Shown here piece by piece: positions 29,000 to 37,173 of a stretch of 64,000 bases of DNA (its first letter is position 1; the number at the start of each line of letters is the position of its first letter). A program made the translations under genes and the position numbers. The stretch is taken from positions 11,146-75,145 of IMG/VR virus record IMGVR_UViG_3300021407_000013. One strand, 5' to 3'. The DNA is from a virus. Below the pieces are notes generated by a model, which was given only the letters and a program-made list of their open reading frames with translations, was not told where the DNA came from and searched no databases.

Positions 29000-29238
29000 T
29001 GGACAAGCAAATAGAAAATCGCGCCAAGTACCCATACATCTGCGCTTGGGGTATGCGACTTGGTTCTTTTCAATATTATATCGACGGAGAAATTAAAAGA
29101 GCCATCGAGGACGGCGCTCCTGAGCGTGCCATTTACAAGAGCGGTTCAGGAGAGTGGCGCACCATTGATGATTGTGCGAACCCCAATGCTAAAGAAGAAT
29201 GTGAGGCGTGGGTAGCTAAAAAATACCCTGGCAAATAG
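28999..29238 (+). CDS. Hypothetical protein
   Basis: TAATG coupling; its TAG overlaps HH3. Confidence 0.65.
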   Translation: MDKQIENRAKYPYICAWGMRLGSFQYYIDGEIKRAIEDGAPERAIYKSGSGEWRTIDDCANPNAKEECEAWVAKKYPGK

Positions 29239-29294
29239 ATCGAAACTGGCAGTGCGATTGCCAGTCGCGTTGTAATGCAACGCCTGACGAGGTC
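29238..29294 (+). ncRNA. Type II hammerhead ribozyme HH3
   Basis: GATC-GAAA-CTGGCA..TGCCAG-TC^-GCGTTG(TAATG)CAACGC-CTGACGA-GGTC; cleavage after C29266. Confidence 0.93.
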
Positions 29295-29319
29295 AGTTAC
29301 CCAAACCAGGACTACGAAA

Positions 29320-29532
29320 ATGGCTATCCAAAATACAACATTATATGAGGATAACTATGGCTTCTACTGTGTAGAGGAGCCAGATGAAGAAGCCTTCTAC
29401 GTCCACATCGTAAAGCAGAGTGTGGCGAAGAAGTGCTCGCGTTGCCAAAAGAAGGTGCGCTTGTTGAAGCATATCAAAATGTGCGCTTCGTGTTCTAATG
29501 CCATCGAGTTTGGCGCATCGGAGTCAATATAA
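29320..29532 (+). CDS. Zinc-ribbon protein
   Basis: CSRC...CASC; start placed after the ribozyme. Confidence 0.6.
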   Translation: MAIQNTTLYEDNYGFYCVEEPDEEAFYVHIVKQSVAKKCSRCQKKVRLLKHIKMCASCSNAIEFGASESI

Positions 29533-29816
29533 TGTCAAACGAAATTTTAGAAGCTGTGCCAGACACAGAAGCCAAGCCGCGTATGGTTAAGATACAGGTG
29601 TGGTGTTGGAAGACCTATACCAAAAAATACAAAGATGAAGTTGTTAGCTTCATGTCAGAAGAATACAGCGCTGATGCTTACAAGTCGGAAGGTGACATTA
29701 TAAATCATCATCTTACAAACGGCCACTACCAATTGCATCGTATTGATTGCTTCTACACTTTAATACATGAAGGTGGTTCTACTGATATACTGCAATGGAG
29801 GTTCGAGCAGTCATGA
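29532..29816 (+). CDS. Hypothetical protein
   Basis: TAATG coupling. Confidence 0.6.
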   Translation: MSNEILEAVPDTEAKPRMVKIQVWCWKTYTKKYKDEVVSFMSEEYSADAYKSEGDIINHHLTNGHYQLHRIDCFYTLIHEGGSTDILQWRFEQS

Positions 29817-30115
29817 AAGAAGGTAATCACATCATTACCATTGAAGAGCTATTTTTATTATCTGTCATGCTTCGACAGTTCCAAGAAAAAGTAGAAGCAA
29901 TTGACAAAGACAAAACAATTTCATCTTTCGTTGCCTTGTTTCCATTGGAGCAAGACAAGTCAGAAGATCCACATGAAATTGCTAAAGTTTCTCTCCAGAA
30001 TTTATTGGAGGGATTCGAGAAAACCGAGCGTCAAATTCGCGATACAAACTACCAGTTGTTCAAAGTTAGAACATTTCTGGAAGCCCTAAAGGATGGCGCC
30101 TCAGATTGGAAATAG
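29813..30115 (+). CDS. Hypothetical coiled-coil protein
   Basis: ATGA coupling; its TAG overlaps HH4. Confidence 0.6.
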   Translation: MKEGNHIITIEELFLLSVMLRQFQEKVEAIDKDKTISSFVALFPLEQDKSEDPHEIAKVSLQNLLEGFEKTERQIRDTNYQLFKVRTFLEALKDGASDWK

Positions 30116-30181
30116 ATCGAAACTATGGGGCGCACCAAAAGCGTTCCATAGTCGCGGCGTTACTCGCCGCCTGACGAGATC
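30115..30181 (+). ncRNA. Type II hammerhead ribozyme HH4
   Basis: GATC-GAAA-CTATGG..CCATAG-TC^-GCGGCG(TTACT)CGCCGC-CTGACGA-GATC; cleavage after C30153. Confidence 0.93.
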
Positions 30182-30200
30182 AGAAAAAGGAGTAGGTAGC

Positions 30201-30410
30201 ATGACGAAAGTAGATCCAAAATCTGCCTTTGAAGGGGACACCATTACTCCCATCGAAAAGCCCAAAACAAGGCAACAGAAAATTGTTGAGTATAGAGCAG
30301 CTCACGAAGCTGAGTATCGTAAGGCGTGCCACGAAGAGCAATGCACCTGCACACCAACGCGGGCGCAAATGCTCATTATGGAGAATTACAACCATCCACC
30401 GATCGACTAA
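30201..30410 (+). CDS. Hypothetical protein
   Basis: AAGGAG RBS just after HH4. Confidence 0.6.
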   Translation: MTKVDPKSAFEGDTITPIEKPKTRQQKIVEYRAAHEAEYRKACHEEQCTCTPTRAQMLIMENYNHPPID

Positions 30411-30427
30411 GAAAATTTATTGAACTT

Positions 30428-30452
30428 AGTGGGGCTTCGGCCCCATTCTTTT
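30428..30452 (+). terminator. Rho-independent terminator
   Basis: AGTGGGGC-TTCG-GCCCCATT followed by CTTTT. Confidence 0.75.
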
Positions 30453-30486
30453 AGGTCATTTAAGGCCACTAACCAGGAGAGTAAAA

Positions 30487-30783
30487 ATGGAAATCCACGA
30501 CAATCTTCACTATACTGATTCTACATACGGAAACCCAGAACGTAAATGGCAGATGCGTTCTGATCACATTCTCAAGCTGTTCGATCTACCACCGAATGGT
30601 CCAATTCCTCCTGATCATTTCGATTCTAGGGTTATTGGCAATGTGCAGGTTATGATCGTTCCGCGCGGTTATTTCAAAATCAAGCGTCGTGTGGTCGCGT
30701 ATTGCCCCAAGTGCAAGAAAATTGTGTGCGCTGGTCATTTAATGCAGCACATGAAGGTCCACAAGAAGGACCAGGAGATTTAA
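30487..30783 (+). CDS. C2H2-like zinc-finger protein
   Basis: CPKC...L.QHM.VH. Confidence 0.6.
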   Translation: MEIHDNLHYTDSTYGNPERKWQMRSDHILKLFDLPPNGPIPPDHFDSRVIGNVQVMIVPRGYFKIKRRVVAYCPKCKKIVCAGHLMQHMKVHKKDQEI

Positions 30784-30928
30784 GATGACTCAATTAGATT
30801 TTCATTCCGCCTGTATTTTGGTCCTCGGTCTTGGAGGCTTCGCCAATACCGTTGCCAATTATCTGCTATCAAAACGAGTCCGCTATTTGGAGCATAAACG
30901 CAAGGTTATGTTCTGGGAAAGGGAGTAA

Positions 30929-31156
30929 ATGACCGAACAGGAAGAAGCATTTGATCTATGGAAATCCAGAGTAGACGTTTATCTGGAGCAGATGGTTAAA
31001 AAGCTAAGTGGAGATTTTCGTTACGATTTTTTGAAAGACTTCAACGATAAGGTTCCACCTAGCGTAACAGCAACCAGAGTTGTTAAAAGTCAATACAAAG
31101 GAGCTAGAAATGGCAGAGTACGAAGTCAAATCAAACGGGAAGAAGCTCCTCGATGA
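30929..31156 (+). CDS. Hypothetical protein
   Basis: GGGAG RBS. Confidence 0.55.
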   Translation: MTEQEEAFDLWKSRVDVYLEQMVKKLSGDFRYDFLKDFNDKVPPSVTATRVVKSQYKGARNGRVRSQIKREEAPR

Positions 31157-31340
31157 GTATCGAGGAGACCGCGTTTTTGGAGATTGTTATGTCATTCTTA
31201 AGGATGGAAAGGAATCGTATGAAGTCGTCCTTTCTACCATAGTTGACAGTTGCAATTGCCCAGGATTTACACATCACGGGCATTGTAAGCATATTGATAT
31301 GACTTACGAGAAAGCATTTGTTTCTGAAGTAGATCAATAG
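31110..31340 (+). CDS. SWIM zinc-finger protein
   Basis: CNCPGF....HCKHI; its TAG overlaps HH5. Confidence 0.7.
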   Translation: MAEYEVKSNGKKLLDEYRGDRVFGDCYVILKDGKESYEVVLSTIVDSCNCPGFTHHGHCKHIDMTYEKAFVSEVDQ

Positions 31341-31404
31341 ACCGAAACTTGGTGCGCCACAAAGGCGTTCCAAGTCGTGCTGTTAGGCAGCACCTGACGA
31401 GGTC
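31340..31404 (+). ncRNA. Type II hammerhead ribozyme HH5
   Basis: GACC-GAAA-CTTGG..CCAAG-TC^-GTGCTG(TTAGG)CAGCAC-CTGACGA-GGTC; cleavage after C31376. Confidence 0.93.
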
Positions 31405-31428
31405 AGAAATGCCAAGGAGGTAGCACGT

Positions 31429-31575
31429 ATGGGTGACCCAGAAGAGCATAAAGACGAAGAGTTGAGCGTAAAGGCTGATACTCCTGCTCCAAAGGAGGAA
31501 GGTCCGTCTGAACCAAAAGAACCAGAAGCGGATCCAATCCGTAAAGGTGAAGGCGATCAGCCTGAAGTAGCGTAA
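31429..31575 (+). CDS. 48-aa acidic Pro/Glu-rich peptide
   Basis: Read by hand: MGDPEEHKDEELSVKADTPAPKEEG...EVA; AAGGAGG RBS; bounded by HH5 and a terminator. Confidence 0.6.
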   Translation: MGDPEEHKDEELSVKADTPAPKEEGPSEPKEPEADPIRKGEGDQPEVA

Positions 31576-31580
31576 GCATA

Positions 31581-31617
31581 GGCCGCTCCCATTTGGGAGG
31601 ATGGGAGCGGTTTCTTT
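31581..31617 (+). terminator. Rho-independent terminator
   Basis: CCGCTCCCAT..ATGGGAGCGG followed by TTTCTTT. Confidence 0.75.
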
Positions 31618-31632
31618 AACCAGGAGAACAAA

Positions 31633-31821
31633 ATGCCTAAAAGTGAAGCGTTAAAATATATATCAGTACCTCGTAACGAATATCAAATTCTTACAAGCGC
31701 CATGCGTATCTATGTGGCTCTTCTCACAGAGGAATACGGCAATCAGCCTTCTTCTGAGAGGAAAACCGCTATGGAAGATGCGATCTCTTTATTGACAAGG
31801 ATGAAAAATGGCAAACTTTAA
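31633..31821 (+). CDS. Hypothetical protein
   Basis: AGGAG RBS. Confidence 0.55.
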   Translation: MPKSEALKYISVPRNEYQILTSAMRIYVALLTEEYGNQPSSERKTAMEDAISLLTRMKNGKL

Positions 31822-32008
31822 AGACCATCCTCCGTTAAAGCCGTGCCATTGCGGCTCTGGTCTGGAGCGCCACGCAGAAAAAGATGCTCGTGGTATCTTT
31901 CTTTGCTATGTCTGTGAGAAATGCAGAGATGAGAAGCTCTCTCATTATCGACCAGACGTTCTTACTGACCCAAACTATTGGCACGACGAGCCAATCGACG
32001 AGCCATAA
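31808..32008 (+). CDS. Zinc-binding protein (SEC-C-like CxCGSG)
   Basis: PCHCGSG...C..C. Confidence 0.55.
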   Translation: MANFKDHPPLKPCHCGSGLERHAEKDARGIFLCYVCEKCRDEKLSHYRPDVLTDPNYWHDEPIDEP

Positions 32009-32217
32009 AATGCAAACAATCCTCTTGTTTCTCATTCTTATGGCACTTTCGCCTAGATTGGCGCGAGCGTTCGGCAAGTTCATCGTCATGCTTGTGTTGT
32101 TTTTCATCGGCATACTGGTTTTAGCAGCATGGCCGCATGTAGGGCATCCGTAATGCATGGCTTCATTGTCTTTTTGCTCGTGATCATTATTCTAATGCTC
32201 ATGTGCAAATGAGTTAA

Positions 32218-32387
32218 GGCGCGGTAACAGCGCCAGCCGCCAAAGACTAGCCATCCACAGCCCCCCGTTCGGATGGCATTTTTATCAATTTAGCGAACCC
32301 TCTGGTCATTTAGAATCGCCCCCCGGTTCCTATGGGCCAGAGGTAGACTTGCCGCTCCACTCCCCACAAGAGTGGAGCGGCCCTTTT
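32218..32387 (+). ncRNA. Candidate sRNA with four hairpins and C-rich loops
   Basis: Non-coding gap; two loops share GCCCCCCG(G)TTC; ends in a 12-bp hairpin followed by TTTT. Confidence 0.4.
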
Positions 32388-32422
32388 AGGCAATTTAGCC
32401 ACAAACTAGGATTTAAAATGTC

Positions 32423-33436
32423 ATGTACCTTATGGATCACATCGTAGAAACAGTTCATCAAGCGAAGAAACGAAAGTTGATGCAACATCCTGTTGTCAGA
32501 ATCTTTCCAGAATTGGAAGAGAAACTGAAAGGATGCCCGCGTTTCTTGTTTGACGAGAACGCAATCAGAACGGCTGTGGAACTTACTCTGGGGCGCCCCA
32601 AGGTGCTTAGGGAAGCCATGGCACATCTTACCATTCCATACACTAAGTTGTGGGTAGAATGGCCAGAAAGCGGCAGAGAAAAATTGAGACAGACGTTCTC
32701 AATCGACTCTTACGAGTATCCTGAGCGCCCATTACCAACTCGTTTGGGCTTTCTGCTAGAGACAGATGAGTCTGGTAGAAAAGGTCAGGTTACTTGGGTT
32801 TGGAGTAATCATTTTATCAAGAAAGGTGAGCCTCCGAATGTTGGTCCAATATCTGCGTTCTTTGATTTGGATTTTAACTATAGCAAGTTGGTAAGCCCGA
32901 GCTTTGTGAAAAGTTTTTTGGATGCTAACCTAGCGCATATCTGGAAGGACAACAAAATCCAACTGGAGGCGCTCCTTAGTATTTGGGATACATCTTATCA
33001 TCAACCGTCCGAATGGGGACAGAAGTTTCTGAAAATTCCTGTTCCAGGATCGCCGTATGGTAACGATGATCAACGTGTAGCCAATTTCTATGCGGACGTT
33101 TATGGCGAATACATTATGGTTTGGTCTTGCTTGTTACTGTTGACATCTTCCAAGAAGATTGTAAATTTGGAAGAAGTTGATATGTCTCCGCTCAATAAAA
33201 TACGCAGGCGGATGGATAAGCCTCAAAAACTAGATCATACCATTGTTAGCATGTATATAAATGAAGAAACTCGTATGCACCAACAAGGTATGCCTCTTGG
33301 GTATACCAGAAAGAGTCCACGTATCCATATGGTTGGGTCATATCTTAACAGACGTGGCGATAAACATTGGATAGTTCAGCCTTTCTGGCGAGGCGAAGGC
33401 GAAGTTATCAGCAGACACGTAAAAGTGAAAGGATAG
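32423..33436 (+). CDS. Conserved phage hypothetical protein
   Basis: 337 aa; C-terminal SPRIH.V..Y.....W...PFWRG. Confidence 0.7.
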   Translation: MYLMDHIVETVHQAKKRKLMQHPVVRIFPELEEKLKGCPRFLFDENAIRTAVELTLGRPKVLREAMAHLTIPYTKLWVEWPESGREKLRQTFSIDSYEYPERPLPTRLGFLLETDESGRKGQVTWVWSNHFIKKGEPPNVGPISAFFDLDFNYSKLVSPSFVKSFLDANLAHIWKDNKIQLEALLSIWDTSYHQPSEWGQKFLKIPVPGSPYGNDDQRVANFYADVYGEYIMVWSCLLLLTSSKKIVNLEEVDMSPLNKIRRRMDKPQKLDHTIVSMYINEETRMHQQGMPLGYTRKSPRIHMVGSYLNRRGDKHWIVQPFWRGEGEVISRHVKVKG

Positions 33437-33439
33437 CAC

Positions 33440-33655
33440 ATGCCATCACATTACTATTCACTTCTCGGAATAGTAAGAGCTACTCCAATAAAGCACGGAT
33501 GGAACGTCGAAGTATCCTACAAGGATGAAGATGTCCATTCCGGTCCTTACAAGACTACCACTAAATGGCATCCTGTAAAGGAAGTCACTACTGTTGACGA
33601 GTTAAATGATCTTGTTCTAAAACTATGCAGTGAGGAGACTAAACGTGAAACGTAG
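33440..33655 (+). CDS. Hypothetical protein
   Basis: ORF in operon. Confidence 0.5.
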   Translation: MPSHYYSLLGIVRATPIKHGWNVEVSYKDEDVHSGPYKTTTKWHPVKEVTTVDELNDLVLKLCSEETKRET

Positions 33656-34019
33656 CCTAATCATAATGGCGCTGCTCATATCAGGTAGCGCCCAAGCAGA
33701 GATGTGTGACTTTGAGCACAAATGTTACCCAGATCAGCCTTATTACGATCTGCAAGGAAAAAGAATTCCACCACCAGCACCGCAATATCCACAGCCTAAG
33801 CCATTACCAACACCATCTGCACAAGTTACCATTAATTCAAACATTTGCAAGTTGGCGAAGATCAGAGTTTCCCCTGAGGCGCCACAAACGATAATTGAAA
33901 TCTGTACCATGTCAGATGACGAAGAAAGAATGTATCGTCAGCGGCAGAGAGATCATCAAATCTCAATTCCACAGATGTATATGAAGAACTATCTCGTACC
34001 ACCGGAAGGGAACTACTAA
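33645..34019 (+). CDS. Secreted Pro-rich protein
   Basis: Signal peptide ending AQA. Confidence 0.55.
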   Translation: MKRSLIIMALLISGSAQAEMCDFEHKCYPDQPYYDLQGKRIPPPAPQYPQPKPLPTPSAQVTINSNICKLAKIRVSPEAPQTIIEICTMSDDEERMYRQRQRDHQISIPQMYMKNYLVPPEGNY

Positions 34020-34303
34020 TGGGTAAGTTTGAACCGTCTATTGATGAAACGGAAAGGCTTACGTTCTTTCCAGACGGAACCGCTATGGTTATACGTTACT
34101 CAGTGTTAACTGGCAAATTCAACAAATGTACGTTGAATCTTACCCAACAGCAATACGACGATTGGAAAATTAGGCGTCGTCTAATCCAAGATGTCATGCC
34201 TCATTTGGATAAAGATGAACGCGAGTTTCTTATGACAGGCTATACGCCAGAAGATTGGGCTAAAATGTTCCCTCCAGAGAAAGGGGATGAAGATGCCATC
34301 TGA
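34019..34303 (+). CDS. Conserved phage hypothetical protein
   Basis: LIQD..PHL..DEREFLMTG.T.E.W motif. Confidence 0.65.
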   Translation: MGKFEPSIDETERLTFFPDGTAMVIRYSVLTGKFNKCTLNLTQQQYDDWKIRRRLIQDVMPHLDKDEREFLMTGYTPEDWAKMFPPEKGDEDAI

Positions 34304-34670
34304 GCATAAGCTACCAAAAAAGTCTAAGATGGAGTTCCCGAAAGCGCCAGCTACTGGCAGTTATATGTATATCATTAAACCTACTGATACTACATATGCT
34401 GAAGGTAAGGTGCTCACAACATTACCAACACTCGATATGTTGGTTTTTGGTGTCGAAGGTCATATAGAGATCGTACCACGCTTTCATAAATTTGGCGGCC
34501 GTACTTGTGTGGCTTTTTGTAATGAAGAAGGCAAAATGCAAGGCAAACTCCCAAATCATCTAGCCCAGATTTTATGGGAAGAGAATGTGGGGCGCATCAT
34601 AAACGAGGATCAACTCGTTGGTAACATAGTAATCATCGTTGCTGATCCCAGCTTTCTAGCGAGGATGTGA
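34287..34670 (+). CDS. DUF3846-like protein
   Basis: V.G.IE.V...CNEEGK....PN..A...LVGN. Confidence 0.65.
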   Translation: MKMPSEHKLPKKSKMEFPKAPATGSYMYIIKPTDTTYAEGKVLTTLPTLDMLVFGVEGHIEIVPRFHKFGGRTCVAFCNEEGKMQGKLPNHLAQILWEENVGRIINEDQLVGNIVIIVADPSFLARM

Positions 34671-34957
34671 TGAAGACTCTCTCAGTTGTAGCACTAACCA
34701 TAGGTATGATAAATGCAGCGGACGCTCACTGTTATTCTCGCTGGTACTATCCGTATCCTCAGAAATGTGGAGGAGTTTATTCTCGTCAAAGTAACAGACC
34801 TCCAATTGTACGTAGCGTTAATTTCAATCCTCCTCTTCCTCCTGATCCTAGCGATATTCCACTCCCGGATCTAAGTGCGAATTGGGGAGGCACACTTGAC
34901 ACGCAATTGGAACTCCAGTTGCGCCTCAGAGCATTAGGCTACCAAACTGATCGTTAG
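34667..34957 (+). CDS. Secreted hypothetical protein
   Basis: Signal peptide; CYSRWYYP.PQ.C. Confidence 0.55.
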   Translation: MMKTLSVVALTIGMINAADAHCYSRWYYPYPQKCGGVYSRQSNRPPIVRSVNFNPPLPPDPSDIPLPDLSANWGGTLDTQLELQLRLRALGYQTDR

Positions 34958-34979
34958 GCACTTTGCCAAGGAGACTATT

Positions 34980-35309
34980 ATGAAAAAAGAGAACCTGAAA
35001 ATTCTCAAGGATGCTATCCAAGTCCTTACTGATCAAAATCACAAGTTCGACACTCTTGTTGCTGATACCATAGGTATCATTGACAAGGAGCTAGAGAACA
35101 TTGGAAATCTAGCGGACAATCTTCAATCTGAATTCGACGATATGTCTGAGAAGCAGCAGGAGAGTGATAAGGGTTCTGAACTTGAGGAAGCTATCAGCAA
35201 GGTAGATGAAATCAAGACGGAACTTGAAGAGCTTAAGGATGAACTCGACGATGCACCATTCGACGATCTCATTACTAAGCTAGAGGAATTGGATCCAGGG
35301 TCCAAGTAA
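34980..35309 (+). CDS. Highly acidic coiled-coil protein
   Basis: D/E-rich; AAGGAG RBS; hairpin at 35317-35342 downstream. Confidence 0.65.
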   Translation: MKKENLKILKDAIQVLTDQNHKFDTLVADTIGIIDKELENIGNLADNLQSEFDDMSEKQQESDKGSELEEAISKVDEIKTELEELKDELDDAPFDDLITKLEELDPGSK

Positions 35310-35359
35310 AAAATTTTGGGCGCTGCTTTCTGTGGCGCCCAATCTCTCAGGAGTGTACA

Positions 35360-35560
35360 ATGGCTAATAGAGAGATATCAGTCGATAGTAAATCTTGGGA
35401 TCTTGCAGAATATTTTTTGGAAGAAGAACCTATTAAAGATGAAGATAGAAAAAGAGTCACAGATATGTTAGCTCAAGAAATACAACAATGCGTTGAAGAC
35501 TTTATCTATTTAACTATGCCACATCTAGGAGTGTTGAAAGATGCCGACAGGTCCAGGTAA
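35360..35560 (+). CDS. Hypothetical protein
   Basis: AGGAG RBS. Confidence 0.55.
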   Translation: MANREISVDSKSWDLAEYFLEEEPIKDEDRKRVTDMLAQEIQQCVEDFIYLTMPHLGVLKDADRSR

Positions 35561-35774
35561 ATATGACGCAGAAGCCTCATTCGTGCAGGCACGCACTCAA
35601 GCACAAGGCGTATTATTGATAATATTAGAAGGAACTAAAGGTAATGGTTTTTCAATAGCTACTTTCGATATTCAAGCAACTCTTGAAATTACATTATCTT
35701 TGCCAAAATTACTTAGAGAAATGGCAAATCAAATAGATGCTGATATAAAGGAACAAGGTCTTGGCCAAACCTAG
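35541..35774 (+). CDS. Hypothetical protein
   Basis: GPGKYD...G.GFS...LP..LR..A.QI motif. Confidence 0.6.
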   Translation: MPTGPGKYDAEASFVQARTQAQGVLLIILEGTKGNGFSIATFDIQATLEITLSLPKLLREMANQIDADIKEQGLGQT

Positions 35775-35994
35775 TAATCAAGAAGTACAATTCAGATTAT
35801 TGCAAATGCCATGTTGCGGCATATTGATCTGCTGGGTCAACCCGAGGCGTCCAATGCGCTGTCCTGAGTGCGGAGAGCGCGTTTTTCATGCTTTCCCTAA
35901 AGCTAGATGGGAAGAGCAATATTCAAAAGCTTGGTTGCGCGTCGAAGATTATGACAAAGCAACCTGGGTGAATTTGCCTGACGTACCAGCCTGA
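35761..35994 (+). CDS. Zinc-ribbon protein
   Basis: MPCCG..ICWVNPR.P..CPECG. Confidence 0.6.
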   Translation: MAKPSNQEVQFRLLQMPCCGILICWVNPRRPMRCPECGERVFHAFPKARWEEQYSKAWLRVEDYDKATWVNLPDVPA

Positions 35995-36122
35995 GGGGGC
36001 GACCCCCGCCCAGCACACCAGGAACTGGCGTCTATTGGAAGCAGCTAGACGAAAGTCAAGGCAAGGGTGGGAGGGTGAGTCCGCAAAGTCACTCTCCCAC
36101 TTTCCTCTAAATAGGAACGGAT

Positions 36123-36380
36123 ATGAAAAGGTCTAAGCAGTCAAAAGAAGAGCATGAAAAAACCTGCTTTCGTTGCAGACTTCATGCATTAGTTGAAGAA
36201 TTGTATCCCAACGGAGTAACTGACGAATCTGAGGGGCGCTTCATTTTAGTCGCACTAGCTGAAGCAGCAGGTCAGATGTTAGCTGATTATGATGTGCAAG
36301 AATTCATGCTATTTATGACAGCTGTATCGAAATTTCACAACGATAAATGTGAAGAAGACGCGTCTGAAACTAAACACTAA
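36123..36380 (+). CDS. Hypothetical protein
   Basis: ORF in operon. Confidence 0.55.
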   Translation: MKRSKQSKEEHEKTCFRCRLHALVEELYPNGVTDESEGRFILVALAEAAGQMLADYDVQEFMLFMTAVSKFHNDKCEEDASETKH

Positions 36381-36398
36381 CCAGGAGAGGTAGCACTC

Positions 36399-36740
36399 AT
36401 GGAATTTTCAGAAGAGAAAATCGAAAACGCCCTTCAACTAAAACGCATACCAGAACGTATGCACCCTGGTATAATTAAATGGATTCTAGTAGGACAAATG
36501 CCAGGACATTTTTTAAGCGCAGTCATTAAAAATGATTTGCGAGAATGTATTGAGAAAGCAGATGATGAAAATATACTATTGCTTTCGGCATATATTCAAT
36601 TCTTTTATAATCATTCTCCAACAGGTTGTTGGGGATCGAAAGAGAAAGTCTTGCAATGGGAGCAAGCTGGAGGTCTGAGAAAAGTAAAGTCAGTACCTCT
36701 AAGATTAGTTGACGGAGACATATTTGACGACGGAGAATAA
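36399..36740 (+). CDS. Conserved phage hypothetical protein
   Basis: PG.FL.AV..NDL......AD..N.......P..CWGS.E.V..W. Confidence 0.65.
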   Translation: MEFSEEKIENALQLKRIPERMHPGIIKWILVGQMPGHFLSAVIKNDLRECIEKADDENILLLSAYIQFFYNHSPTGCWGSKEKVLQWEQAGGLRKVKSVPLRLVDGDIFDDGE

Positions 36741-36741
36741 A

Positions 36742-36951
36742 ATGAAATCTTCTCCGTACAATGCAAAACTTCATTCCTTTTTATTGAAGAAGGGATATAA
36801 ATATACTGAGAATATACGTTATGATAGATACGATCACGCTGGGGATGGCGTAACAGTATTCTACTATATCAATAGTTATATAATGATATTGGACCGCAAT
36901 GGGGAACCCGCGTCTAAACATGTGACTCGTGAAATCGAGAAAGCTCTTTAG
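36742..36951 (+). CDS. Hypothetical protein, possibly a paralogue of 27460..27792
   Basis: YN..LH..L...GY.Y....RYD.Y resembles FN..VHD.L...GY.Y....RYD.Y. Confidence 0.5.
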   Translation: MKSSPYNAKLHSFLLKKGYKYTENIRYDRYDHAGDGVTVFYYINSYIMILDRNGEPASKHVTREIEKAL

Positions 36952-36960
36952 GAGAACCAG

Positions 36961-37164
36961 ATGCCGCGTATGACAATAAACATCAATCAGCCGAATGTTG
37001 AAGTTCTCGAATATTCGGCCGAAGTGATTAACAAATGGATAGAGAGAGAAAATTTCCAAGACGAGATACAGACTAAGTTTGAACATGCTATGGACGAAGC
37101 GCAAGCAGACATAGCGAATGGTAGCACGGACGTTCAATATGTCATAATAAAAATCACAAAATAG
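36961..37164 (+). CDS. Hypothetical protein
   Basis: AGGAG RBS. Confidence 0.55.
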   Translation: MPRMTININQPNVEVLEYSAEVINKWIERENFQDEIQTKFEHAMDEAQADIANGSTDVQYVIIKITK

Positions 37165-37173
37165 GGGCGCTCC

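Noticed and set aside
30093-30200. ORF-track N-terminal extensions through ribozymes (30093, 29275)
   Set aside because: Better starts with an RBS lie just after the ribozymes, at 30201 and 29320
27792-31404. Repeated ~60-bp units as a CRISPR array or attC-like sites
   Set aside because: The spacers are whole genes of 0.25-1.2 kb, and conservation follows the hammerhead core with covarying stems; no cas or integron integrase gene is present
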